Shown here piece after piece: positions 47,429 to 56,441 of a stretch of 64,000 nt of DNA. Source of the DNA: an uncultured Candidatus Saccharibacteria bacterium (GTDB lineage Bacteria > Patescibacteriota > Minisyncoccia > Phycocordibacterales > Zambryskibacteraceae); the NCBI GenBank assembly GCA_964642835.1, contig CAZXQA010000001.1, positions 202,831 through 266,830 on the forward strand, given 5' to 3'. Made by a program: the position numbers and the translations under genes. The notes below the pieces were generated by a model. The model was not told the DNA's origin and did no database searches. It was given only the letters and a program-made list of their open reading frames with translations. Numbering within the stretch: position 1 is the stretch's first letter; every line of letters begins with the position of its first letter.

Positions 47429-48685
47429 TTAGCGCCAGGTGACCTTCGTCCTGAATATAGTATTCCAGATGGCCTTCGTCAACCAGAGAGGCACGATGAA
47501 GGCGTAGAAAGCGAGGTAGTAGAAGAAACCGCGATCAAGCTTCACTTTCCCATCCGCGAGACGGATAGCGAGGAACAAAATGATGAAGAGAATAAGCGTC
47601 GTACCAATCATCAGGAAAGGAAGGACGCCAGTGTTTAAGAAGTACCAGTCAAAGGAAGGCCAAGCGAAATGCCAATTCAACCCTACTGTGGAAACGCGTT
47701 CAACCCATTTCCAAAGATCGGCCGCTTTACCGAAAATCATGTTACCAATCGTAATCGGAGTAAAGAAGATTGAGAAAATGGAGAGGGGAATAATGAACAT
47801 GCCAATATTGCCGTACTTGCGATTAAAGAGCATCTCGCGATAATCGAAAACGTTGTTCAAGAAGCCGTAGGTCCAGCGGACACGTTGCTTGAGAAGCGTT
47901 TTAATCGTGGCTGGCGTCACGGTGTACACATGAGCGCTGTGAGAGTTCACGAACTTGTAACCGTTCTTCTGGAGACGCATGGCCATCTCCATGTCTTCGG
48001 TGAGATGCGCGTTCTTGTAGCCACCAAGCTCGTGGTATACGGAAGTACGGAAGGTTGAGAACGGCCCGGGTGTCACATACAAAGCGCCCATCGAGGAGAG
48101 CATGCGGCGGAGGAAAACGCCCCAGCGGTACTCGTTCTTCTGCATGCTCTGAAGCATATTCGTCGGCTCGAAAACCTTAATGGAAGGCACAACGGCCTTA
48201 ATTTCCGGATCATCGAAGTAAGGCACGATATTACGAAGAGTCTCGGGTGTAACGAAGGAGTCGGCATCAAGGCAGGCCACGAGATCGGTCGTTGTCATAT
48301 CGATACCAAGATTTACGGCCGTATGTTTGCCACCATTTACCTTGCTCACCACACGCACATTCGAAAGATGTTCGAAGCTTTTGAGCACGGCGAGGGTGTT
48401 ATCGGTTGAGCCGTCATCCACCAAGATGAAAGAGATTTTGTCCTGCGGATAATCGAGGGCGAGCACGGAGTGGATCGTGGCGGCGACCGTCTTCTCTTCG
48501 TTGAAGCAGGGAATGATGACCGTCATGGTCGGGAAGTGCTTCGGTCCACGCGCAAGCATTTCATTCTCGCGCTTAATGTCTCCGCGCACTTCAAGATAGG
48601 TAATAAGGAGGAACACCTCGAAGAACAAGGTGGTAAAAATCGAGACGTAGAGAATGGCTGAATAGAGGTCGGTCATATAAGCCAA
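47429..48685 (-). CDS. processive family-2 glycosyltransferase (PgaC/IcaA/NodC/HAS-like beta-glycan synthase)
   Basis: DDGSTD (D,D,D motifs), QRVRW (QxxRW) motif, N- and C-terminal TM helices. Confidence 0.85.
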   Translation of the reverse strand: MAYMTDLYSAILYVSIFTTLFFEVFLLITYLEVRGDIKRENEMLARGPKHFPTMTVIIPCFNEEKTVAATIHSVLALDYPQDKISFILVDDGSTDNTLAVLKSFEHLSNVRVVSKVNGGKHTAVNLGIDMTTTDLVACLDADSFVTPETLRNIVPYFDDPEIKAVVPSIKVFEPTNMLQSMQKNEYRWGVFLRRMLSSMGALYVTPGPFSTFRTSVYHELGGYKNAHLTEDMEMAMRLQKNGYKFVNSHSAHVYTVTPATIKTLLKQRVRWTYGFLNNVFDYREMLFNRKYGNIGMFIIPLSIFSIFFTPITIGNMIFGKAADLWKWVERVSTVGLNWHFAWPSFDWYFLNTGVLPFLMIGTTLILFIILFLAIRLADGKVKLDRGFFYYLAFYAFIVPLWLTKAIWNTIFRTKVTWR

Positions 48686-48727
48686 AAGCTCATAGATTAT
48701 AGACGTTTTATGTTATAATTTCAACCC

Positions 48728-49885
48728 ATGAAGATCACGATCGAAACCCCAGAAGAAAGTGCCTTGAGAGCTAATTTGGCTCTCCGCACCGACGCGGAAG
48801 CCGAACGCATCAAGCGCTACCTCGCCATGCCCGACCTCTCCCGCACGCCAGGGAGTCCCCTCTATGACATTACCGAGCGCGTGAAGGCGGCTCCGTCGTT
48901 CGCAGGCTTCGACCTCATCGAAATTCCCGAAATTGTCCCGACCTCCATTCTCTTCGACCTCTTCGACTTCCCAGCCGATCACCCCGCGCGCTCGAAGTCA
49001 GACACGTATTATGTAGATGAACAGAATGTTTTGCGTACTCACGACACCGTCTTCTGGTACTACTATCTCCAGAACCCAGAGGTGAAAGCTCGCATCGCCA
49101 AAGGAGAAGCCATGGGCGCGCTCTGCCACGGCAAAGTCTACCGCAAAGACGAGATCGATTCTCGTCACATGAACATCTTTCATCAGTTTGGCGGTTGGTT
49201 CATCGCGCCGAAAGGGCAGGTGAACGTCGAAGATTTGAAAACAGCTTTAGGTGAGGTCGTGAAGACTGTCTTCGGGCCTGAGCAGATCTTCCGCATCAAT
49301 ACCGACACCTTCCCATACACTGATCCCTCCTTCGAAGTTGAGGTCAACGTGAAGGGGACTGCCGCCGAAGGCCCAGCGAAGGGTGAGTGGCTCGAAATTT
49401 TAGGCTCCGGCATGCCGAAAGCCTCTGTGCTACAGAAGATGGGGGTTGAAGGGTACGAGGGCTGGGCCTTCGGTTTCGGGATCGAGCGCCTCGCTATTAT
49501 TTCCATGCAGCTTCCGGACATTCGCCTCCTCTGGTCCACCGACGAGCGCGTGAAGGGCCAACTCAAACTGGGCACGGTCTATAAAGAAGTTTCCAAATTC
49601 CCTCCGGTTATCCGCGACATCTCCTTCATCGTGCCAAAATCCTTCATCCTAAACGACTACTTCGACCTCGTCCGTGATATCGGCGGCGACATGGTAGAAG
49701 ACGTTAAGATGACCGACAAATATGAAAATGATGAGAAATTCGGTGCCGACAAGATGTCCTACACCTTCCGCATTACCTATCGTCACCTCGAGCGTACACT
49801 CACCAACGATGAGGTAAATATTGTCCACGCCAAACTCGAAGACAAGACGGAAAGTGAGTTCAGTGCCCAGGTTCGCCGAGTATAG
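48728..49885 (+). CDS. monomeric phenylalanyl-tRNA synthetase-like protein: PheS-type class II catalytic core fused to a C-terminal FDX-ACB anticodon-binding domain (mitochondrial-type architecture)
   Basis: motif 1 DHPARSKSDTYY, motif 2 YRKDEIDSRHMNIFHQFGG, motif 3 GWAFGFGIERLAII; C-terminal FPPVIRDISFIV...YTFRITYRHLERTLTNDEVN resembles the FDX-ACB domain normally at the PheT C-terminus; no pheT nearby. Confidence 0.8.
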   Translation: MKITIETPEESALRANLALRTDAEAERIKRYLAMPDLSRTPGSPLYDITERVKAAPSFAGFDLIEIPEIVPTSILFDLFDFPADHPARSKSDTYYVDEQNVLRTHDTVFWYYYLQNPEVKARIAKGEAMGALCHGKVYRKDEIDSRHMNIFHQFGGWFIAPKGQVNVEDLKTALGEVVKTVFGPEQIFRINTDTFPYTDPSFEVEVNVKGTAAEGPAKGEWLEILGSGMPKASVLQKMGVEGYEGWAFGFGIERLAIISMQLPDIRLLWSTDERVKGQLKLGTVYKEVSKFPPVIRDISFIVPKSFILNDYFDLVRDIGGDMVEDVKMTDKYENDEKFGADKMSYTFRITYRHLERTLTNDEVNIVHAKLEDKTESEFSAQVRRV

Positions 49886-50106
49886 ACATCCATCAAAATA
49901 CCTTGTAATCTACTGACCAGGCGTTCCACTAACCATATTCGGGGGTCAGAGTGCGCACTACGAATTGGGATAGGTTAATCACGTCGGACCCACGGGATTC
50001 CGTTGCAGCCCGGGTTACCAGAGCTTCACCTCGCTGGTGTGCTCCACCGCAGGAAGTAAGGCCGAAGGTGCAGATCGAACCGACGGCAGCGACCCTGCCG
50101 ACCGAC

Positions 50107-50298
50107 ATGTCCAACTTTACGGGTAAAAGAATTGGTTCAATCGTGATCACAGGGTTCTGGAAGAAAGGGCGCCCGGCACGCAACAGTGTCTGGAAAGGCC
50201 TTTGCGACTGCGGCAAAACGGTCTACCGTCGACACCATTGGGTGAAAAATCCTCGGGACGACAACTACGACCGGTGCGACGCCTGCGCTCATCGGTAG
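50107..50298 (+). CDS. hypothetical small Cys-cluster (zinc-ribbon-like) protein
   Basis: CDCG...CDAC motif; preceded by about 180 nt GC-rich structured leader; followed by strong terminator; longer GTG-initiated version 49951..50298 also possible. Confidence 0.35.
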   Translation: MSNFTGKRIGSIVITGFWKKGRPARNSVWKGLCDCGKTVYRRHHWVKNPRDDNYDRCDACAHR

Positions 50299-50311
50299 AA
50301 CAACGAAACCA

Positions 50312-50342
50312 AGCCGCCTAGTTCACGCTAGGCGGCTTTTTT
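50312..50342 (+). terminator. rho-independent terminator
   Basis: GCCGCCTAG-TTCACG-CTAGGCGGC then TTTTTT. Confidence 0.7.
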
Positions 50343-50378
50343 ATCCCCATCTCCTCCTGCAAAGGATAATCCTTTGCA
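50341..50378 (+). repeat. intergenic repeat copy 2: TTATCCCCA + perfect palindrome TGCAAAGGATAATCCTTTGCA
   Basis: palindrome identical to 50737-50757; TTATCCCCA is 8/9 DnaA-box consensus. Confidence 0.55.
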
Positions 50379-50428
50379 ACTTGAAGCCATCTTTTGGTAT
50401 CGTGAGGAAGGACGCATCGAGGAGACCC

Positions 50429-50671
50429 ATGGCTACATACATCAGTGAACGGCCCGTCAAAACCGAGCGTTCCGATCGAGTCATCAGGATGTTCCAAAAC
50501 ACCTTCCCAATCGGCAAGATTGAGGTGGTGCAACCTGCTCACAACCCGCCAGAAGTCTCTCAAGCGAAATCGGCTTACTTTGCCATCGAGATTCCAATCT
50601 TAGAAGAAGAGAGGCTCGCTGTCTGGCTCAACCGACTCAACGGTCGCCAGATGAAGAAGCAGAAGAAATAA
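50429..50671 (+). CDS. hypothetical small protein flanked by the palindromic repeats
   Basis: ATG with GGAGA RBS; followed by strong terminator; no family motif (ORF track gives TTG-start version 50381..50671). Confidence 0.35.
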   Translation: MATYISERPVKTERSDRVIRMFQNTFPIGKIEVVQPAHNPPEVSQAKSAYFAIEIPILEEERLAVWLNRLNGRQMKKQKK

Positions 50672-50674
50672 ACC

Positions 50675-50707
50675 CCGCCGCCCGGAACATCGGGCGGCTG
50701 TTTTTAT
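50675..50707 (+). terminator. rho-independent terminator
   Basis: CCGCCCG-GAACAT-CGGGCGG then CTGTTTTTAT. Confidence 0.7.
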
Positions 50708-50709
50708 AC

Positions 50710-50757
50710 TTATCCCCAGTTTTTGATCTATTTTATGCAAAGGATAATCCTTTGCAT
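50710..50757 (+). repeat. intergenic repeat copy 3: TTATCCCCAGTTTTTG + 10 nt + palindrome TGCAAAGGATAATCCTTTGCA, immediately upstream of gyrB promoter
   Basis: shares 15-mer with copy 1 and 21-mer palindrome with copy 2; TATAAT at 50795-50800 follows. Confidence 0.55.
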
Positions 50758-50816
50758 GGGGGCAAAATACGGCTTTCTTGTAGAGCTAAAATCTGCTATA
50801 ATACGGGGTACCAAAC

Positions 50817-52805
50817 ATGGCCAAGAAAGACGAGAAATCCTCATACGGCGCCGACTCCATCACCGTCCTTGAAGGTCTCGAACCAGTCCGCAAGCGCCCG
50901 GGCATGTACATCGGCACGACCGGGCCCGATGGTCTCCATCATCTCATTACGGAAATCTTCGATAACTCTCGCGACGAAGCGATGGGCGGCTTCGCGAATG
51001 ACATTGAGATCGCCCTCTTACCTCCGTTCAAGGAAGGGGAGCCGGCTCGCGTTCGCGTCACAGACAACGGTCGCGGCATCCCGGTCGACATTCACAAGCA
51101 GACCAAGGTCTCGGCTCTCGAGATGGTTATGACCGTGCTTCATGCCGGCGGTAAATTCGGTGGGGAAGACTCAGGCTACAAAGTCTCCGGCGGTCTCCAC
51201 GGCGTGGGTGCTTCCGTCGTGAACGCGCTCTCTATCTATGCTCGCGCCGAAGTCCACAAAGACGGTGGCATTTACATGCAGGAGTACAACCAAGGCAAGA
51301 AGAAAGCGAACGTTAAGCAGATAGGAAAGACCAAGAACCAAGGTACGATCATCACCTTCCAGCCTGACAACACCATCTTCCCGATTACTGACTTCAGCTT
51401 CGACCGTGTGGTCACGCACATGCGTCAGCAGGCCTATCTCGTGAAGGGCGTGAGGATCTCGATCATTGACGCCCGCGGTGCCTCAGACGTCGCCGATACG
51501 GAGTGCTTCTATATCCGCGAACTCGGCCTTAACGCGCCGTCGATGTCCTTCTACTTCGAAGGCGGTCTCGTCTCGCTCGTACGCTTCGAGAACGAACACG
51601 CCAAGCCTGTGCATCGCAATATTTTCTATGTCGAGAAGTCGGCCAACGGCAAGGCGCATGAAGTGGTAGAAGTAGCTCTCCAATACGTCGACGACATCTC
51701 CTCTCGCATCCTCCCATTCGCCAACAATATCTATACCGCTGAAGGTGGTACGCATGTGACGGGCTTCAAGACGACTCTTACCCGCATGTTGAACTCCTAT
51801 GCCCGCAAGAACAACCTGGTCTCCGAGAAGGAAGACAACTTCACAGGTGAAGACGTGCTCGAAGGTCTCACGGCAGTTATCTCGGTGAAGTTAAGCGAGA
51901 TCCAGTTCGAAGGTCAGACGAAGGGGAAGCTCGGTTCCGTAGAAGCCCAGGGTATGGTGGCGGAAGTCTTCGGCGACGCCTTCGGGAACTTCCTCGAGGA
52001 GAACCCGGAAGACGCCCGTGCCATGATCCAGAAGTCCTTGCTCGCGCTCAAGGCGCGCAAGGCCGCCAAGGCGGCCAAGGACTCCGTCCTTCGCAAGGGC
52101 GCTCTCGAGGGCATGACGCTCCCGGGCAAGCTCGCAGACTGCCAGAGCCGCTCCGCCGAGGAGTCAGAAATCTTTATCGTAGAGGGAGACTCGGCCGGTG
52201 GTACGGCCAAGATGGGTCGCGATCGCCGCACCCAGGCCATCCTTCCACTCCGCGGCAAAATTTTGAACATTGAGCGCGCTCGCCTCGACCGCATGTTGGG
52301 CAGCGAACAGATCAAGAACCTTGTCATCGCCTTGGGCACCGCGATCGGAGACACTTTTGATATTTCTAAACTCCGCTATCACAAGATCATCATCGCCACC
52401 GATGCCGACGTCGACGGCGCGCACATCCGCACCCTTCTTTTGACCTTGCTCTACCGCTTCTTCCGTCCGCTTATCGATGCTGGTCATGTCTACATCGCTC
52501 AACCACCGCTCTACAAGATTAAAATGGGGAAGACCGTCCACTACGCCTACTCCGACGAGGAGAAAAAGAAAGTGGTAGGTAAAGAAGAAAGTGGTGACAT
52601 CCAGCGCTACAAAGGTTTGGGAGAAATGAACTCCGACGAACTCTGGGAAACAACCATGGATCCTGCTAAACGCGTTTTGAAACAAGTAAATGTCGACGAC
52701 GCTCGTGAAGCCGACCGCATCTTCGATGTCCTCATGGGTACCGACGTGCCGAGCCGCAAATCTTTCATCCAGTCGAACGCGAAGAAAGCTACCCTTGATA
52801 TTTAA
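50817..52805 (+). CDS. gyrB: DNA gyrase subunit B (type IIA topoisomerase ATPase/TOPRIM subunit)
   Basis: GHKL ATPase motifs, TOPRIM EGDSAGG, C-terminal tail; 662 aa short form. Confidence 0.88.
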   Translation: MAKKDEKSSYGADSITVLEGLEPVRKRPGMYIGTTGPDGLHHLITEIFDNSRDEAMGGFANDIEIALLPPFKEGEPARVRVTDNGRGIPVDIHKQTKVSALEMVMTVLHAGGKFGGEDSGYKVSGGLHGVGASVVNALSIYARAEVHKDGGIYMQEYNQGKKKANVKQIGKTKNQGTIITFQPDNTIFPITDFSFDRVVTHMRQQAYLVKGVRISIIDARGASDVADTECFYIRELGLNAPSMSFYFEGGLVSLVRFENEHAKPVHRNIFYVEKSANGKAHEVVEVALQYVDDISSRILPFANNIYTAEGGTHVTGFKTTLTRMLNSYARKNNLVSEKEDNFTGEDVLEGLTAVISVKLSEIQFEGQTKGKLGSVEAQGMVAEVFGDAFGNFLEENPEDARAMIQKSLLALKARKAAKAAKDSVLRKGALEGMTLPGKLADCQSRSAEESEIFIVEGDSAGGTAKMGRDRRTQAILPLRGKILNIERARLDRMLGSEQIKNLVIALGTAIGDTFDISKLRYHKIIIATDADVDGAHIRTLLLTLLYRFFRPLIDAGHVYIAQPPLYKIKMGKTVHYAYSDEEKKKVVGKEESGDIQRYKGLGEMNSDELWETTMDPAKRVLKQVNVDDAREADRIFDVLMGTDVPSRKSFIQSNAKKATLDI

Positions 52806-52996
52806 GCGTTAAAAACGCTTTTCTTAATACCGCGCGAGGACCATTTCGGTTCCTCGCGCGGTTTTATATTGGCTTTATTTGGGGCCTTTGTTGAGCGGTA
52901 TTTTAGGGCAATGGTGTGGACAACTGGGCTACTCATGTGGCGTATGGTGGGATATACTGGTGGATAGGTGGGAAGGAGTGGTAAGATATCTGTATC

Positions 52997-53392
52997 ATGT
53001 TTATCGGCGAATACACTCACACGATCGACGAGAAGAATCGCTTCTCGCTCCCGGCCAAGTTCCGCAAGGAACTCGGTCGCAAAGTAGTGGTGACGCGCGG
53101 TAAGGATCATTGTCTCTCCCTCTATCCGTCGAAGACCTGGGCCGCGATCTCGAAAGAAGTCGCGAACCTCGGTCACGTCGAGAGAGACCCACGATATGCT
53201 CGGTTCACCTTCGCCGGTGCCGCCGAGATCGAGATTGACGCCATCGGTCGCATCCTCGTTCCGGAATTCCTTCGGGAATACGCGGGACTGGGTAGCACTC
53301 TCGTCATCACCGGCGTCCACGATCGCGTGGAAATCTGGAATGACAAGCAGTGGGCCGCTTATAGGAAGAAGCTCGAAAGTGAATATGCATAG
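52997..53392 (+). CDS. mraZ: transcriptional regulator MraZ
   Basis: duplicated DxxxR-containing MraZ fold, FIGEYTHTIDEKNRFSLPAKFR. Confidence 0.9.
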   Translation: MFIGEYTHTIDEKNRFSLPAKFRKELGRKVVVTRGKDHCLSLYPSKTWAAISKEVANLGHVERDPRYARFTFAGAAEIEIDAIGRILVPEFLREYAGLGSTLVITGVHDRVEIWNDKQWAAYRKKLESEYA

Positions 53393-54239
53393 GTCAGTTC
53401 TTTTACACGAAGTGTTGGAAGGGTTGGACCTCGCCCCGGGCAAGGTCATGATCGACGGGACCTTGGGTCTTGGCGGCCATAGCCGGGAAGCCTTGGCAGA
53501 GAACCCGGGCCTCCGCGTTATCGGCATCGACCGAGACCCGAAGCGCTTACAGGAAGTAGGGAAGTCACTTGAGATCGACACCTGGCAGGGGAATTTCGCG
53601 GAGATGGACAAGGCGCTCATCGCCTTCGGTCTCGCTCACGTCGATGCCATCCTCCTCGACCTCGGCTTCTCGAGCGATCAGCTTGAAGACATCGAGAAAG
53701 GTCTCTCCTTCCAGAACGATGGACCGCTCGACATGCGTCTCTCGGGCCAAGGATTCACGGCTGCTGACATCTTGAACTCCTGGGACGAGTCCGCTATCGA
53801 ACTTATCCTCAAGGGTTTCGGCGAAGAGCGTCATGCCTGGCGGATCGCTCAAGCGATCGGTCAGCGTCGCAAGGTGAAGCCCTTCGAGACGACGAGCGAA
53901 CTCGTAGCGGTGATCGAAGGCATCGTGCCTGGTGGCTATCACAAGATCCATCCGGCCACGAGAACCTTCCAAGCCTTGAGAATCGCGGTGAACGAAGAGT
54001 TCCCAAGCCTCGAAAAGGCACTCGAGAAGGGTTGGGAGGCCTTGAAGCCAGGTGGCCGCTTCGCCATTATCTCCTTCCACAGTCTCGAAGATCGCATCGT
54101 CAAGAATTTCTTCCGCGAACGGGCCCAGGACGAAGAGGGTGAACTTATTAGCAAGAAACCGATCACCGCGAGCGAAACGGAAGTGGCAGAGAATCCGCGT
54201 TCCCGCAGTGCCAAGTTACGCATTATCAAAAAATTATGA
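53385..54239 (+). CDS. rsmH: 16S rRNA (cytosine1402-N4)-methyltransferase RsmH (MraW)
   Basis: HRSVLLHEVLEGL...DGTLGLGGHS motifs; ATG at 53385 overlapping mraZ end. Confidence 0.9.
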   Translation: MHRSVLLHEVLEGLDLAPGKVMIDGTLGLGGHSREALAENPGLRVIGIDRDPKRLQEVGKSLEIDTWQGNFAEMDKALIAFGLAHVDAILLDLGFSSDQLEDIEKGLSFQNDGPLDMRLSGQGFTAADILNSWDESAIELILKGFGEERHAWRIAQAIGQRRKVKPFETTSELVAVIEGIVPGGYHKIHPATRTFQALRIAVNEEFPSLEKALEKGWEALKPGGRFAIISFHSLEDRIVKNFFRERAQDEEGELISKKPITASETEVAENPRSRSAKLRIIKKL

Positions 54240-54610
54240 TGAGAAAACAAAAATTTAACTACAATCAGCTCTCCTTACCGCTCGGTGAAGGGCGCGCCGC
54301 CACCGCTCTCTCCTTTGAAAACCGCACGAAAGCGTTCTGGGCTCTCTCATCGGCCTGCCTCCTCTCCCTCGTCCTCTACGTCTACGCGGTCAACGCTACC
54401 GCTCACAACGTCGCCATGCGCGCCTCTCTCGAACGCGAAGCAGCCGAGCTTACCGGTGAACTCGCCAGTCTCGAATTCCAATACATCAACCTCCAAGGTG
54501 ATGTCACTCTCACTCGCGCCGCCGAATACGGCTTCGAAGAAGTGAAGGAACCTCTCTATGTGTCGAAAACTGCCGGCAATTCTCTTTCTTTCAACACGCA
54601 AAGCCGTTAA
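54236..54610 (+). CDS. cell division protein FtsL-like (single-TM coiled-coil protein in dcw position)
   Basis: position between rsmH and ftsI, one TM plus coiled coil. Confidence 0.55.
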   Translation: MMRKQKFNYNQLSLPLGEGRAATALSFENRTKAFWALSSACLLSLVLYVYAVNATAHNVAMRASLEREAAELTGELASLEFQYINLQGDVTLTRAAEYGFEEVKEPLYVSKTAGNSLSFNTQSR

Positions 54611-54636
54611 GATAGTAAGGAACACTTCCTTACGCG

Positions 54637-56400
54637 ATGCTTAGTCTCGAAAATCGCCTCCGCGTCATCACGCTCTTCCTCGTCCTCTTTGCTCTCTTGC
54701 TCGTGAGCAAGCTGTACTTCCTGCAAATTATTCAAGGAGAAGAATTCCGCGCCAAGGCTGAGCACCAGTACGTGGCAGGGATTAACTACTTCGACCGAGG
54801 CTCCATTTTCTTTACCACGAAGGACGGGACGCTTGTCCCCGGAGCCACTGTGAGATCAGGCTTTACCTTAAGCGTGAACCCGAACATCCTTGCCCCTCTC
54901 CCGAACCTCGATGAAATATACGGGAAGCTCAACGCTCTCGTCCCTATGGAGAAAGCCACCTTCCTCTCTAAAGCCAAGAAGGCAGGGGACCCGTACGAAG
55001 AATTGGCCAAGCGCCTCGACAGCCCAACAGCCGAAGCCATCCAGAGCTTGAAGTTCACGGGTGTCTCCGTCACGCGCGAACGCTGGCGCACCTACCCTGG
55101 AGAGACCATGGCCGCCCACACGCTCGGCCTCATTGGCTATGGCGACGGGAACGAACTTGCCGGGCGTTACGGTCTCGAGCGCTTCTACGAGGACACGCTC
55201 AAACGCGACGGCGACGAAGTCTTCGTCAATTTCTTCGCCGAAATCTTCTCGAACCTGCGCTCTGCCGTGACGGAAGGACAGGGAGCGGAAGGAGACATCG
55301 TTACGACGATCGAGCCCTCGGTAGAAGCCTTTTTGGAACGGGAGTTAAATGAGGTGACCAACACGTATTCCTCCGAATTCACGGGCGGTATCATCATTGA
55401 TCCGCACACGGGAGAAATCCGCGCCATGGCCCTGACGCCCACCTTCGACCCCAACTCTCCAGCCAGCGCCAAGAACGCGAGTGTCTTTACCAACAAGCTC
55501 GTTGAGGGCCGCTACGAAATGGGCTCGATCGTAAAGGCCTTCACCTATGCTATCGGTCTCCAAGAGAAAGCCATCACCGCGAAGACGACCTACAACGACC
55601 CTGGCTGTCTTACCTTAAACACAAAGACCTTCTGTAACTACGACGGGGCCTCGCACGGCTCAAGCGTGAGCATGCAATCTGCTCTGGGCCAGTCTCTCAA
55701 CACTGGCGCCGCCTTCGTGGTGAGCAAGGTAGGAACGAAGAAGTTTAGCGAGGACTTGCTCTCCTTCGGCCTCGAAGAGAAGACGGGGATCGACCTGCCG
55801 AACGAAGGCAACTCGCTCGTCTCGAACCTCCACACCAACCGCGAGCTCGAAGCCGCTCAAGCCTCCTTCGGACAGGGTATCGCGCTCACTCCGGTGGGAA
55901 TCGTGCGTGCTCTCTCCGTCCTTGCAAATGGCGGCACACTGATCACCCCACACCTGGTCAAAAAGATCGACTACAAGATCGGTCCGGCCAAAACTATTTC
56001 CTATCCTGCGCCCGAGGAGCGCACGCGTGTCATTTCTGAGGAAACATCGGCCGCTATTTCTCAAATGCTTACCGAGGTGGTCGACAGGAGCCTGCGCTTC
56101 GGCGATATGCGTCTTGAGAACTACTCCATTGCCGCAAAGACCGGTACCGCCCAGATCGCCGCGCCGACAGGTGGGTATTACGCGGACCGCTACCTTCATT
56201 CCTTCTTCGGTTACTTCCCAGCCTATAACCCAGAGTATCTCGTCTTCCTCTATACCTATTACCCCAAGAACGTGCAATACGCTTCGGAAACACTGACGGA
56301 CTCTTTCTTTAATATTGCGAAGTTCCTTATCAACTACTACGAGATCCCGCCGGACCGTGAGAAGGCACCAGAACCTGATCAAACTCTTAGAAATTATTAA
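54637..56400 (+). CDS. ftsI: peptidoglycan D,D-transpeptidase FtsI / penicillin-binding protein (class B)
   Basis: N-terminal TM, dimerisation domain, SIVK (SxxK), SLN, KTGT motifs. Confidence 0.85.
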   Translation: MLSLENRLRVITLFLVLFALLLVSKLYFLQIIQGEEFRAKAEHQYVAGINYFDRGSIFFTTKDGTLVPGATVRSGFTLSVNPNILAPLPNLDEIYGKLNALVPMEKATFLSKAKKAGDPYEELAKRLDSPTAEAIQSLKFTGVSVTRERWRTYPGETMAAHTLGLIGYGDGNELAGRYGLERFYEDTLKRDGDEVFVNFFAEIFSNLRSAVTEGQGAEGDIVTTIEPSVEAFLERELNEVTNTYSSEFTGGIIIDPHTGEIRAMALTPTFDPNSPASAKNASVFTNKLVEGRYEMGSIVKAFTYAIGLQEKAITAKTTYNDPGCLTLNTKTFCNYDGASHGSSVSMQSALGQSLNTGAAFVVSKVGTKKFSEDLLSFGLEEKTGIDLPNEGNSLVSNLHTNRELEAAQASFGQGIALTPVGIVRALSVLANGGTLITPHLVKKIDYKIGPAKTISYPAPEERTRVISEETSAAISQMLTEVVDRSLRFGDMRLENYSIAAKTGTAQIAAPTGGYYADRYLHSFFGYFPAYNPEYLVFLYTYYPKNVQYASETLTDSFFNIAKFLINYYEIPPDREKAPEPDQTLRNY

Positions 56401-56441
56401 AAACTGCTGCGACCATGAAGGTTGCAGCAGTCGTCGAGGTT

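Noticed and set aside
49921-50110. tmRNA-like 5' GGGGGUCAGAG and 3' GCUCCACC ends
   Set aside because: The acceptor pairing has two mismatches and no T-arm precedes the putative 3' end. It is treated as a structured leader instead.
52802-54080. 272-aa and 171-aa minus-strand ORFs
   Set aside because: They are antisense to mraZ and rsmH.
55660-56382. 240-aa minus-strand ORF
   Set aside because: It is antisense to ftsI.
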